From Verrucomicrobiota bacterium (GTDB taxonomy: Bacteria > Verrucomicrobiota > Verrucomicrobiia > Opitutales > Coraliomargaritaceae), in assembly GCA_039815375.1 (NCBI GenBank), contig JBCBZJ010000002.1, positions 192,001 to 256,000 on the forward strand: a stretch of 64,000 bases of DNA, given 5' to 3'. This document shows positions 54,059 through 64,000 of this stretch, one piece after another (within the stretch, counting starts at the first letter, position 1; every line of letters starts with the position of its first letter). The notes under the pieces were generated by a model that did no database searches, was not told the origin of the DNA, and saw nothing but the letters and a program-made list of their open reading frames with translations. The position numbers and the translations under genes are program-made.

Positions 54059-54514
54059 TTTTTTTGTTACCTTTAAAGACGTCTTGTAGTGGCTGCAAGT
54101 GCTCGTCCTTTAAATCGTAGATTCAAATGGTAACTTGGAGATGCTGTTTCCTATTTCCACCGGTCCTGAGCGTGCCGCTGCCAATTATCGAGTAGTCTGA
54201 AGCACTAATTCTTGGCTAATTCTACGGAAAGGTGAACTGAAAAACCAAATCGGCATTCGCATCTAAAACGATTTTTATATGAGTAAAACGGCGTAATTTA
54301 AAAAAAATGTAAGAGCTATGTTAGTTGCTCTATTCTTCGATAGGCTCCTTTTTTCGAGCGTTCTGGGGTGATCTGCTTAATCGCAATATGATAACTAAAA
54401 AAAAGGTTATTTTGGATCACAATACGTTGATTTGATTGGGTTTATGCGTTTTTTTAAAGTTCCCAATGAGTCAAAGTCTTCAGCAAATTACTGCCTGCAT
54501 GGTTCCACTCGATT

Positions 54515-57319
54515 ATGAATCGTAGCCGAGGGACTGTTTGGTATTTTCATATTATCGTATTCGTCATTCTCTTGTTTTTCTCAGGGATGGCGAATGCGGT
54601 AGTACTGAATTGGGAAGGAGCTGGCAACCTGGATGGCTTTGGCAATGCTCTGTGGAGTGATCCGGATAACTGGTTCGGTTCGAATGTGCCGAGCAATAAT
54701 GACGAACTGATTTTTTCCGGAACAGGAAACGCGGTCGAGAGTTTCAATGATCTGAATGGACTGTCTATTGACAGGGTTGTTTTTGGAAACACCTCAAATG
54801 GCGAAAGCTTTGTAATTTCCGGCCAGCAGCTTCAGCTGACAGGTTCTATCACGACTGTCGCGACGACCGATCCTGACGAGATTGAGGATCAAATAGCATT
54901 GAATTTACTGATCGGCCAAAATGTAGCCATCAATACAGGAGCCGGCCATGGGCTGTCTATGAGTGGTTCAATAAGCGGTGCGGGTAAGTTGACTTTGAAT
55001 AATGGCTCAAATTCGGAAGACGATGGCACAGTCAAGCTTTCTGGGCTGAATACCTATACCGGCGGCACGGATCTCCAGGGCGGCACTGTAGCTGTTTTTG
55101 ATAGTAATGCGTTCGGCTCTGGTGATGTGACGGTCTATGATCGGTCGAATACGAATCCGCGGTTGGAGATTGGTTCCAGCGGTCTTGTTTTGGCAAATAC
55201 ACTGATCTTAGAAAATCAAGGCGGAACGAAAACACTGGTATTCGATATCGATGGATCGGGAAATACTGCCGAGTGGGCCGGCGATATTGTTTTGAACGAA
55301 ACGGGAGGGAACAATAATCGCCTCCTTGTTGGCGAAGGAGAAACCTTAACCCTTTCCGGCGACATCAGCGGCGCAGGCCGCCTTACCCTTCGGCGTGATA
55401 CAACTGGGGGTGATCTGGTTCTGAGCGGAGACAATACCTTCGAGGGCGGCGTCCGTCTGGAGGAGGGGGTCCTTTTCATCGAATCCGATACAGCTCTCGG
55501 CACAGGTCTGCTCAGTATTCTGGATCGTGGAGTTACACCCGTGGCGGACTTCGCCGATGGGTTGACGGTCGCCAATGACATTCTGATTTCCAATACTGGC
55601 AGGAACAAGCGATTACGTGTGGATCGCGATGGTGCCGCTGCAACGACGTTATCAGGCAATATTGAAGTGCAGGAAACGAGGAACAACCAGTTTGATTACG
55701 AGGTGGGCGAGGATGACACCTTGATGATCACCGGAGTGATCTCTGGTGTAAATGGTGGGGAGAAGATCGGTGGAGGCACTTTGATCCTGACCAATGCGAA
55801 TACCTTCGGACAGGACTTTACCTTGAGCGAAGGAGTTCTGGTATTGGCAAATGATAAGGCCTTAGGCAGTAGCACACTGACGATTCGAGACACTGGAGAG
55901 ACACCGATTCTCACGCTGCAGGATGGTCGAACTTATGCGAATGACATTACGGTGTCCAACACCGGCGGCTCCAAGTGGATACTGATAAATGAGAGCGGCA
56001 GCGCAGTCTCCGCGACGCTCACCGGTGATATCGATATCGAGGAAACGAGTGCGCGTGCCTTTGACTTTGAGGTCGGATTTGCGGATGAGTTGACCGTATC
56101 CGGCATGATTACTGGGGCGACCGATGCAGGTATTGAGAAGCGTGGTAGCGGCATCTTGCGGCTAACGAATGGGGCGAGTGATTTCGCAGGACCACTCTGG
56201 GTGAGTGGCGGGGTGGTCGAAGCCGGCAAGCTAGCGGATGCTGGCGTTGCGAGTTCGATTGGCACTAATAGTTTGATTGTTCTCGGTTCGAACGACGCCG
56301 ATGGCACGTTGACGTATGTTGGTGTCGGCGACAGCACGGATCGCCAAATTATGGTAGGGCGACGTGGGTCGGATAACAATCGCTCCGGTGGTGCCGCGAT
56401 CCTTAATAATGGCACTGGTGGTCTGGTATTTACGAACCCGAATTTCAATGTGGTTGATCCTGCGAGCGCAGGGCAAGTAGCAGCTCGAACCCTTGAATTG
56501 GGCGGGTCTTATGTTGCATCTACAAATCGCATCGAGGGAGCGATCATCGACAACCGTGCTCAGAGTGACGGTTTTGTTGATGAGTCGATTACCGTTGAGA
56601 AGACCGGTCAGGGCACCTGGTCGCTTGAAGGAGACAACACTTACACGGGCGGCACAATCGTGCGGGAAGGCCTTTTATGGATCCGGGGAGACAGTTCAGG
56701 TGCGACAGGTGCTTCGATCGTTGAGGCGAACGCACGACTCGGTGGAGACGGTCAATTGGGTGCTGTCGTTGCCGTTGATGGGAGCATCGAGCCCGGGGCT
56801 GGCACACTCGGTGTGTTCAGTGTCGGTGAAATTAGCTTCAACGATAGTTCCAGTTTTGGTTTCGATATCGATTCGAGTGCAGCGGCACTCAACTCGGCTG
56901 ACATGTTGGTCGTATCGAGTGGACTTTCGGCCAACTCAACGGGAAACATAAACCTGAGTGGTGATGCGAAGCTCGAGATTAATGATGTGGCGTTTTCCCC
57001 CTCTGCCTTCGACGAGGGATCGGTGATTACCCTGATCAGCTATGATGGCGATTGGAATGGTGGCCTCTTCTCCTATGACGGTTTAACGCTCGTCAATGGT
57101 GGCACGTTTACCGCTGGTTTGAATACTTGGCAGATCGATTACGACGCTGAGTTTGCAGGGACTAACTTCAGTCAAATCAATCTCGGTGAAAAGAACATCG
57201 TCTTGACCGCAGTTCCAGAACCAAGCTTTGGAGTTCTGAGTATTGGGTTGATGGTCCTTGGGAGGGTAGGTTGCCGTAGATATTCACAACAGAACCCCAA
57301 CCGGACGGGCTCCTGCTAG
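54515..57319 (+). CDS. Secreted protein with autotransporter-associated beta-strand repeats and a PEP-CTERM sorting signal
   Basis: Signal peptide; repeated G.GTL.L.G.NTY.GG units (for example LSGLNTYTGGT, LSGDNTFEGGV, LEGDNTYTGGT); C-terminal VPEPS plus hydrophobic helix plus basic residues. Confidence 0.88.
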   Translation: MNRSRGTVWYFHIIVFVILLFFSGMANAVVLNWEGAGNLDGFGNALWSDPDNWFGSNVPSNNDELIFSGTGNAVESFNDLNGLSIDRVVFGNTSNGESFVISGQQLQLTGSITTVATTDPDEIEDQIALNLLIGQNVAINTGAGHGLSMSGSISGAGKLTLNNGSNSEDDGTVKLSGLNTYTGGTDLQGGTVAVFDSNAFGSGDVTVYDRSNTNPRLEIGSSGLVLANTLILENQGGTKTLVFDIDGSGNTAEWAGDIVLNETGGNNNRLLVGEGETLTLSGDISGAGRLTLRRDTTGGDLVLSGDNTFEGGVRLEEGVLFIESDTALGTGLLSILDRGVTPVADFADGLTVANDILISNTGRNKRLRVDRDGAAATTLSGNIEVQETRNNQFDYEVGEDDTLMITGVISGVNGGEKIGGGTLILTNANTFGQDFTLSEGVLVLANDKALGSSTLTIRDTGETPILTLQDGRTYANDITVSNTGGSKWILINESGSAVSATLTGDIDIEETSARAFDFEVGFADELTVSGMITGATDAGIEKRGSGILRLTNGASDFAGPLWVSGGVVEAGKLADAGVASSIGTNSLIVLGSNDADGTLTYVGVGDSTDRQIMVGRRGSDNNRSGGAAILNNGTGGLVFTNPNFNVVDPASAGQVAARTLELGGSYVASTNRIEGAIIDNRAQSDGFVDESITVEKTGQGTWSLEGDNTYTGGTIVREGLLWIRGDSSGATGASIVEANARLGGDGQLGAVVAVDGSIEPGAGTLGVFSVGEISFNDSSSFGFDIDSSAAALNSADMLVVSSGLSANSTGNINLSGDAKLEINDVAFSPSAFDEGSVITLISYDGDWNGGLFSYDGLTLVNGGTFTAGLNTWQIDYDAEFAGTNFSQINLGEKNIVLTAVPEPSFGVLSIGLMVLGRVGCRRYSQQNPNRTGSC

Positions 57320-57352
57320 AGAAATTTTCCTAGAGATAATGACTTTGAAATC

Positions 57353-58240
57353 ATGAACCCTTCTCCTAAACCAGACGATCCCTACTTTTTCATTATGGGG
57401 CAGTCTTTCCCGCGCAGTGAGATTGTTAAACTGTTTACGATTCTTGGATTTCTACTTCTGATGATAGTGGTCGGTGTATCCTTCTTCTTCTTCGATTGGA
57501 AAAAAAAGCAGGATCTTCGATCGTCTCAGTTAGCAGAACAAGCGAGCTTGTCGGGAAGCGAGGTTCAAAAAGCGGCTAATCCGACTGTTGCATTTTTTGA
57601 TGAGTTTCTCGAGCAGACCCGCTTTGATGAGGTATTTAGTATAAACGCGGTTGGAATTTATAATGTTAATGGAATTGAAATGAATTTGCAGTTTCTAGCG
57701 AAGCGGCCTCGGCTTTACCGGCAGACTCTTCGCAAGAATGATAAAGTTATTGAGTTCGGTTATGATGGGGAAACGGTATGGTTCTCCCAAAGCCACGATG
57801 TGGTTGATGGTGAAAATGAAGCATTAATGAGTTTGAATCGATCCCTTGCTATTTTAGAGAGTGCTGTGCCTTGTCTGGCCTGGGACTACAATTCTGAAGA
57901 ATCGATAGAGGGTTTCGAACTCATGCCGGAGAACGATTGGAACGGACATCCCTGCTATGTGATCAAGAACAGTCGACTTCTCGAAAATACGGTAGTCTAT
58001 CACTACATCGATAAAGAGAGTGGCTTTGAGCACTATCGACGGGCTTCACTGCAGATTGCTCCAAGACGCTACAGAGACGCTGAGTTATTCTATAAAGCCC
58101 CTCTTGAAGGTTCCGAATTTACACTGCCCTCCGGGATCGAGCTTTTGCTTGATGGACGCCTCTACTACAAAGTTACATTTGAAAGTGTCGAAGTTAACAA
58201 AGGTCTTCTCAATATACTCTTTGAAGCCCCTAACCCGTGA
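57353..58240 (+). CDS. Hypothetical membrane-anchored protein with possible LolA-like (lipoprotein-sorting) fold
   Basis: One TM helix; KRP.LYR, GYDGETVW, CYVI, YIDKESG and VEVNKGL..LF motifs typical of LolA/LppX-like folds. Confidence 0.55.
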   Translation: MNPSPKPDDPYFFIMGQSFPRSEIVKLFTILGFLLLMIVVGVSFFFFDWKKKQDLRSSQLAEQASLSGSEVQKAANPTVAFFDEFLEQTRFDEVFSINAVGIYNVNGIEMNLQFLAKRPRLYRQTLRKNDKVIEFGYDGETVWFSQSHDVVDGENEALMSLNRSLAILESAVPCLAWDYNSEESIEGFELMPENDWNGHPCYVIKNSRLLENTVVYHYIDKESGFEHYRRASLQIAPRRYRDAELFYKAPLEGSEFTLPSGIELLLDGRLYYKVTFESVEVNKGLLNILFEAPNP

Positions 58241-58498
58241 TTGTGGGCGCGTCGAATGAACTGATCCTGATTGACTCGATGGTGTTCGAGTCGATCAGGA
58301 ACCAGAGCCTGTCCCGCCGAAAGTGATGCTGTATTTCGCGGGAGCGCCGAACCGTCAGTGTCTCGCTAGGGTTCTCTAAGCCGAGAATACATGATGTTTC
58401 CGAGACTTAACGGCGAGGACACTTCCCGAAGGTTTTTCGAACACAACTTCGATTTTTGCTGGCTTAGTGTTCGAGGGCTGCGTTGTCCTATCAGACGA

Positions 58499-59743
<1,245 letters not shown>

Positions 59744-59828
59744 GGTGTAGTGGATAGTGTTGATCGGGTTTTGTTAGCCTCTGATTATTATTGTGATATG
59801 TAGTTATTCGTCTATCAGTCCGGACATC

Positions 59829-60671
59829 ATGCAGACAATTCAATCAATCAACGAAATGCAGTCGCTTGCAATCCAGCTCCGTTCAAAGGGGCAGTTGATC
59901 GGTCTTGTGCCGACGATGGGTAGCTTACACGAGGGACATTTGTCACTGATTGATATTGCCAAAGAACGCGCCGACAAAGTCATCGTTTCGATTTTTGTCA
60001 ACCCTGCCCAGTTTGGACCGAATGAAGACTTTGATAAATACCCCCGGGTTCTCGAAGAAGATTTAGAAAAGTGCAAGGCCCGTGGGGCTGATATCGTTTT
60101 TAATCCTTCGGTTTCGGAAATGTATCCAGAGGGTTACTCAACTTATGTCGAGGAGGAGCACATCAGCTCGGGTTTATGTGGTGTCTCGCGGCCACAGCAT
60201 TTTCGGGGTGTGACGACGATTTGCCTGAAATTATTCAATATCGCGAGGCCCGATATCGCCGTTTTTGGCCAAAAGGATGCGCAGCAATGTGCAGTGATGA
60301 ATAAAATGGTCATCGATTTGAATCTACCGGTTGAAATCGTTGTCGGGCCGACTGTTCGTGAGCCAGACGGTTTGGCGCTGAGCTCGCGAAATGCCTATAT
60401 GACAAGCTTTCAGCGTGAGGATGCGTTAAGTATCTCAAAGTCGCTTGAAGTGGCGAAAAATATGGTCGAAGAGGGAACTCGCAGTGTTGACCGGATTGTG
60501 GCTGAGATAATCCATTACCTGTCTTTGTCTCGTCGTATCCGGGTTATTTATGTCCAGGTCGTCGACAAGATGACAATGGAGCCGGCATCGGAGATTGTTC
60601 CAGGCAAACAACTCGTGACTGTCGCGGCATGGGTTGATCAGACGCGATTGATTGATAATATCGATCTTTAG
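59829..60671 (+). CDS. panC: Pantoate--beta-alanine ligase
   Basis: VPTMGSLHEGHLSL, SIFVNPAQF, FGQKDAQQ, GLALSSRN, RLIDN. Confidence 0.97.
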   Translation: MQTIQSINEMQSLAIQLRSKGQLIGLVPTMGSLHEGHLSLIDIAKERADKVIVSIFVNPAQFGPNEDFDKYPRVLEEDLEKCKARGADIVFNPSVSEMYPEGYSTYVEEEHISSGLCGVSRPQHFRGVTTICLKLFNIARPDIAVFGQKDAQQCAVMNKMVIDLNLPVEIVVGPTVREPDGLALSSRNAYMTSFQREDALSISKSLEVAKNMVEEGTRSVDRIVAEIIHYLSLSRRIRVIYVQVVDKMTMEPASEIVPGKQLVTVAAWVDQTRLIDNIDL

Positions 60672-60674
60672 TAA

Positions 60675-62276
60675 ATGGCCAAGTTATACGATGTAATTGT
60701 CGTCGGCAGCGGAATTGCCGGCCTTAGCTTTGCTCTTAAAGTAGCAGAGGCCGGGAAGAGCGTAGCCATCATCACGAAAAAGAACTCCGCAGAGTCCAAC
60801 ACGAACTATGCGCAGGGCGGCATTGCGGCGGTGACGTCGCGAACGGACGATGTCGAGATGCATGTCGCAGACACGTTGACTGCAGGAGACGGTCTGTGTG
60901 ACGAGCAGGCAGTCCGTGAAATCCTCAAGGACGGTCCGGCCAGTATTGATGAGCTTGTGCGTCGCGGAGTTGGTTTTTCCCAGCTGGGCGACGGCCGCGT
61001 TTCTTTGGGCAAAGAAGGCGGGCACTCGAAGCGGCGCATCCTTCACGTCAAAGATATGACGGGAAAGGCCATCGAGCAGGCACTTCTGCACGCGATCGAA
61101 AACTCGAAGCGTATCGACACTTTGGAGCATCATTTTGCAGTCGAGCTCATTACGTCTGCAAAGTTGCGGCACCACGGCCAAAGTGCATCGGGCTCCAATC
61201 GCGTTTTAGGTCTTTACGCGTTGGATACACAAACCGGCAAGGTGGAGACTTTCGAAACCGGTGCGGTGATGCTCGCGACCGGCGGCATTGGACAGGTTTA
61301 TCAATACACGACTAATCCTTTTATTGCGACAGGGGACGGTATCGCGATGGCCTATCGCGCGGGTGTTGAAGTCCGCAACATGGAGTTCATTCAATTCCAT
61401 CCCACGGCCTTCTATTCTCGAGACTCGGATCGATTCCTGATCAGCGAAGCAGTGCGAGGGGAGGGCGCTATACTTCGGAATTTGAAGGGTGACGCCTTCA
61501 TGGGCAAATATGACAAGCGTAAGGACCTTGCGCCGCGCGATATCGTGGCCCGGGCGATTGACTCGGAAATGAAGAAGTCAGGTGCGCGTCATGTCTGGCT
61601 TGATACTCGAGGAATCGGTTTGAAGACCTTACATGAACGTTTTCCAAACATCTACGACTACTGTGCTAAAAGAGGGCTTTCCTTGGAGAGGGATATGATT
61701 CCAGTCGTGCCCGCTGCGCACTACTTGTGTGGTGGGGTCCAAACGAAGCTCAATGGTGAGACCTCGCTGTCCGGTCTTTACGCTTGCGGCGAAGTGGCCT
61801 GCACTGGTCTCCATGGTGCCAATCGCCTTGCCAGTAACTCGCTCCTCGAGGCGGTTGTCATGGCTAACCGTGGAGCTGATGCAGTTGTCGAATACTGTGG
61901 AAGAAACACTCGCAGTAAAACAAAGCTTCCCACCTGGAAAGATGGTGATGTTCGCGATTCAGATGAGCGGGTGGTGCTTCTTCATAACTGGGACGAGGTA
62001 AAGCGCACTATGTGGGATTATGTAGGGATTGTCCGCAGCACAAAACGCCTTGAGCGTGCGCAGACGCGGATTCAGACACTTGATCGTGAGATCAACGAAT
62101 ACTACTGGAACTTCAAGGTCGACGAGAGTTTGCTCGAATTACGTAACATGATCCTTGTCGCCCGGCTCGTGATCGACTGTGCCCTGCAACGGAAGGAAAG
62201 CCGGGGCCTGCACAGCACACTCGATTATCCCGGTCTTTCCGAAGATGCCGTGGATACTTTGGCGCAGCGAATTTGA
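60675..62276 (+). CDS. nadB: L-aspartate oxidase
   Basis: GSGIAGL, YAQGGIA, EGGHSKRRILH, EFIQFHPT, LHGANRLASNSLLE, ESRGLH. Confidence 0.96.
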   Translation: MAKLYDVIVVGSGIAGLSFALKVAEAGKSVAIITKKNSAESNTNYAQGGIAAVTSRTDDVEMHVADTLTAGDGLCDEQAVREILKDGPASIDELVRRGVGFSQLGDGRVSLGKEGGHSKRRILHVKDMTGKAIEQALLHAIENSKRIDTLEHHFAVELITSAKLRHHGQSASGSNRVLGLYALDTQTGKVETFETGAVMLATGGIGQVYQYTTNPFIATGDGIAMAYRAGVEVRNMEFIQFHPTAFYSRDSDRFLISEAVRGEGAILRNLKGDAFMGKYDKRKDLAPRDIVARAIDSEMKKSGARHVWLDTRGIGLKTLHERFPNIYDYCAKRGLSLERDMIPVVPAAHYLCGGVQTKLNGETSLSGLYACGEVACTGLHGANRLASNSLLEAVVMANRGADAVVEYCGRNTRSKTKLPTWKDGDVRDSDERVVLLHNWDEVKRTMWDYVGIVRSTKRLERAQTRIQTLDREINEYYWNFKVDESLLELRNMILVARLVIDCALQRKESRGLHSTLDYPGLSEDAVDTLAQRI

Positions 62277-63235
62277 TGATAACGAAAGGCAAGACTTCCT
62301 GGGCAGTTGTGGGCCCCGGAGCTGTCGGCCTCTACTACGGTGGCCTGCTCGCCTCCAATGGGCAAACAGTTCACCTCCTCGCGCGCAGCGATGCATCCGC
62401 ATTGAAGGCACAGGGAATCATTTTCTCTCAGGTTCATCCCACGACAGGCGAAGTTTTTGAGGAAGTTGCCGTCCGTCCGACAAGCATAGCGAGCGAAGCT
62501 ACTGCAATCGGTCCGGTTGATCTCGTCATGATCGCTGCGAAAACAACCGTGAACGAGCAACTCATCGAATTGCTGGAGCCACTGGTTGAAGCGGAGCGAA
62601 CAACCCTTCTGAGTCTGCAGAACGGAATGGGAAACGCTGAGTTTTACGCGGAGCATTTTCCGGATAATCCGATTCTCTCAGGGCTTTGCTTCGTCTGTGT
62701 CAACCGGGTCGCACCCGGAGTCGTTGAGAACTACCATCCCGGACGGGTGGAGATTGGTTCATTGGGCGATCGCTGGCCCGAGCTCGCAAAGCGGGTTGTC
62801 GATGCCTTCAAATCGTCTGGAGTGAAGACGAGTTTCTCGCCGGAACTCGATGCAGCACTTTGGAGGAAACTCTGCTGGAATGTGCCTTTCAATGGACTTG
62901 CGATCACTGGTGGAGCGATCACTTGTGACAGGATTCTCGCAGACCCGAAGCTCAGGAATCGCGCATTTAAGTTGATGGAAGAAGTCCGGGCCGCAGCGGC
63001 CAGATTTGGCCACGAGATCACCGACAGCTTTTTGCAGGGACAATTCGATGTGACCGAAAAGATGGGAGCTTATCAACCGTCCTCATTGATCGATTTTCTT
63101 GAAAACCGACCGGTAGAGGTAGAGTCGATTTGGGGCGTACCACTCAAGCGCGGGCTGGCTGCTGGCGTCGAGATGCCAGAACTCCACCGCCTGTATTCAG
63201 AAATTAGCGCTGCCACATCTTCGCCTATTCTCTAA
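62276..63235 (+). CDS. panE: 2-dehydropantoate 2-reductase (PanE/ApbA)
   Basis: GPGAVG, LQNG, LWRKLCWN, SS..D....RPVE. Confidence 0.88.
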   Translation: MITKGKTSWAVVGPGAVGLYYGGLLASNGQTVHLLARSDASALKAQGIIFSQVHPTTGEVFEEVAVRPTSIASEATAIGPVDLVMIAAKTTVNEQLIELLEPLVEAERTTLLSLQNGMGNAEFYAEHFPDNPILSGLCFVCVNRVAPGVVENYHPGRVEIGSLGDRWPELAKRVVDAFKSSGVKTSFSPELDAALWRKLCWNVPFNGLAITGGAITCDRILADPKLRNRAFKLMEEVRAAAARFGHEITDSFLQGQFDVTEKMGAYQPSSLIDFLENRPVEVESIWGVPLKRGLAAGVEMPELHRLYSEISAATSSPIL

Positions 63236-63308
63236 ACACTGTATTTCGTGCCTCTTCCATTTGGCCACTGCCATGGACGGCTCTTACCGCATCTGAGTTT
63301 TAGCTAGT

Positions 63309-64000
63309 CTATTCGACTGTAACTGATTTTGCGAGATTGCGTGGCTTGTCCACGTCACATCCACGCTCCAGCGCAATGTAATAGCTGAGCAACTGGACGG
63401 GTATACTCATCAGGATCGGCTTTACGATCTCATGGCATTCGGGAACGACTACGAGATCATTGATCAAGCCTTCTGGAATGTCACATTCGGCACTCGCGAT
63501 ACAGATCACTTTACCTTTGCGTGCTTTAACCTCCTGAATGTTAGCCAGACTCTTTTGGAAAATCTCCCCGGAGGTTGCGAGAAAGACACTCGGGCAATCC
63601 TCGCTAATCAGGGCGATCGGTCCGTGCTTCATCTCAGCGGCTGGGTAGCCTTCTGCATGGATGTAGGAAATCTCCTTGAGTTTCAGCGCACCCTCGAGAG
63701 CGATTGGGAACATGAGTTGGCGGCCAAGGAAAAGGCAGTCTTCGTAGTGTGCGTATTTTTTGGCAATCATGGCGAGCTTGTCGCTCTGATCGAGCACCTC
63801 TCGGATCATGTCCGGAAGTCCCTTGAGTGCCTTGACGATATCGGAGCCATCACTGTAACTAAGGTCGCGAAGACGGCCAAGATAGAGAGCAAGCATGGCA
63901 CAAATCGTGAGTTGCGAAGTGAATGCCTTGGTGGATGCAACGCCGATTTCAGGCCCTGCATGCTGATAGATGCCGCCGTCGCATTCGCGAGCAATCGTAG
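63309..64000 (-). CDS. glmS: Glutamine--fructose-6-phosphate aminotransferase, C-terminal SIS part; 5' end lies beyond the window
   Basis: EGALKLKEISYIHAEGY, EMKHGP, DVDKPRNLAKSVTVE. Confidence 0.97.
   Translation of the reverse strand, partial: TIARECDGGIYQHAGPEIGVASTKAFTSQLTICAMLALYLGRLRDLSYSDGSDIVKALKGLPDMIREVLDQSDKLAMIAKKYAHYEDCLFLGRQLMFPIALEGALKLKEISYIHAEGYPAAEMKHGPIALISEDCPSVFLATSGEIFQKSLANIQEVKARKGKVICIASAECDIPEGLINDLVVVPECHEIVKPILMSIPVQLLSYYIALERGCDVDKPRNLAKSVTVE

Noticed and set aside
54515..57319. CRISPR array or DNA tandem repeat
   Set aside because: The repetition is at the protein level, degenerate in DNA and inside an ORF; there is no repeat-spacer pattern and no cas gene in the window.
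58272..58335. Fluoride riboswitch suggested by CGATGGTGTTCG
   Set aside because: The downstream pseudoknot partner (GCTGATGACRCCT) is absent and no same-strand gene follows.
58360..58432. Guanidine-I/ykkC-like riboswitch suggested by GCTAGGGTTC...CCGAG...ACGGCG
   Set aside because: The P1 3' strand, P2 and the AAAAGCCCGGGAG end are missing, and the element lies between convergent genes.

Overview
Bacterial chromosomal window, most consistent with Verrucomicrobiota (Opitutia-like). This is inferred from gene content, not from a database search. From left to right: an alternative complex III (actB-F plus a small actG-like gene) followed by a cbb3-type oxidase cluster; a four-gene circularly permuted ATP-grasp/alpha-E, transglutaminase and amidoligase locus; pgi, ilvD, scpB and a pheA with a duplicated chorismate mutase domain; and an ~11 kb divergent cluster (22.9-33.7 kb). 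That cluster combines an AlkB-like diiron enzyme, a FadL-like channel, three histidine kinases, a GAF/degenerate-GGDEF/REC protein and a LuxD-like thioesterase fused to a SAM methyltransferase. It is the best candidate for an undescribed system, possibly fatty-acid (methyl ester) signalling analogous to Ralstonia PhcBSRQ. Next come panD and a cobamide uptake/salvage/remodelling region under two cobalamin riboswitches: an exported CobN-like protein with ExbB-like and DUF2149 partners, btuBFDC, cbiR, cobU/T/S, a cobQ interrupted by an in-frame TAA, bluB, cobD, cbiB and cobO. The window ends with an AlkC/AlkD-like repair gene, a PEP-CTERM beta-repeat surface protein, dapL, panC, nadB, panE and the 3' part of glmS. 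I saw no rRNA, tRNA, CRISPR array or mobile element. All family calls come from motif recognition by eye.
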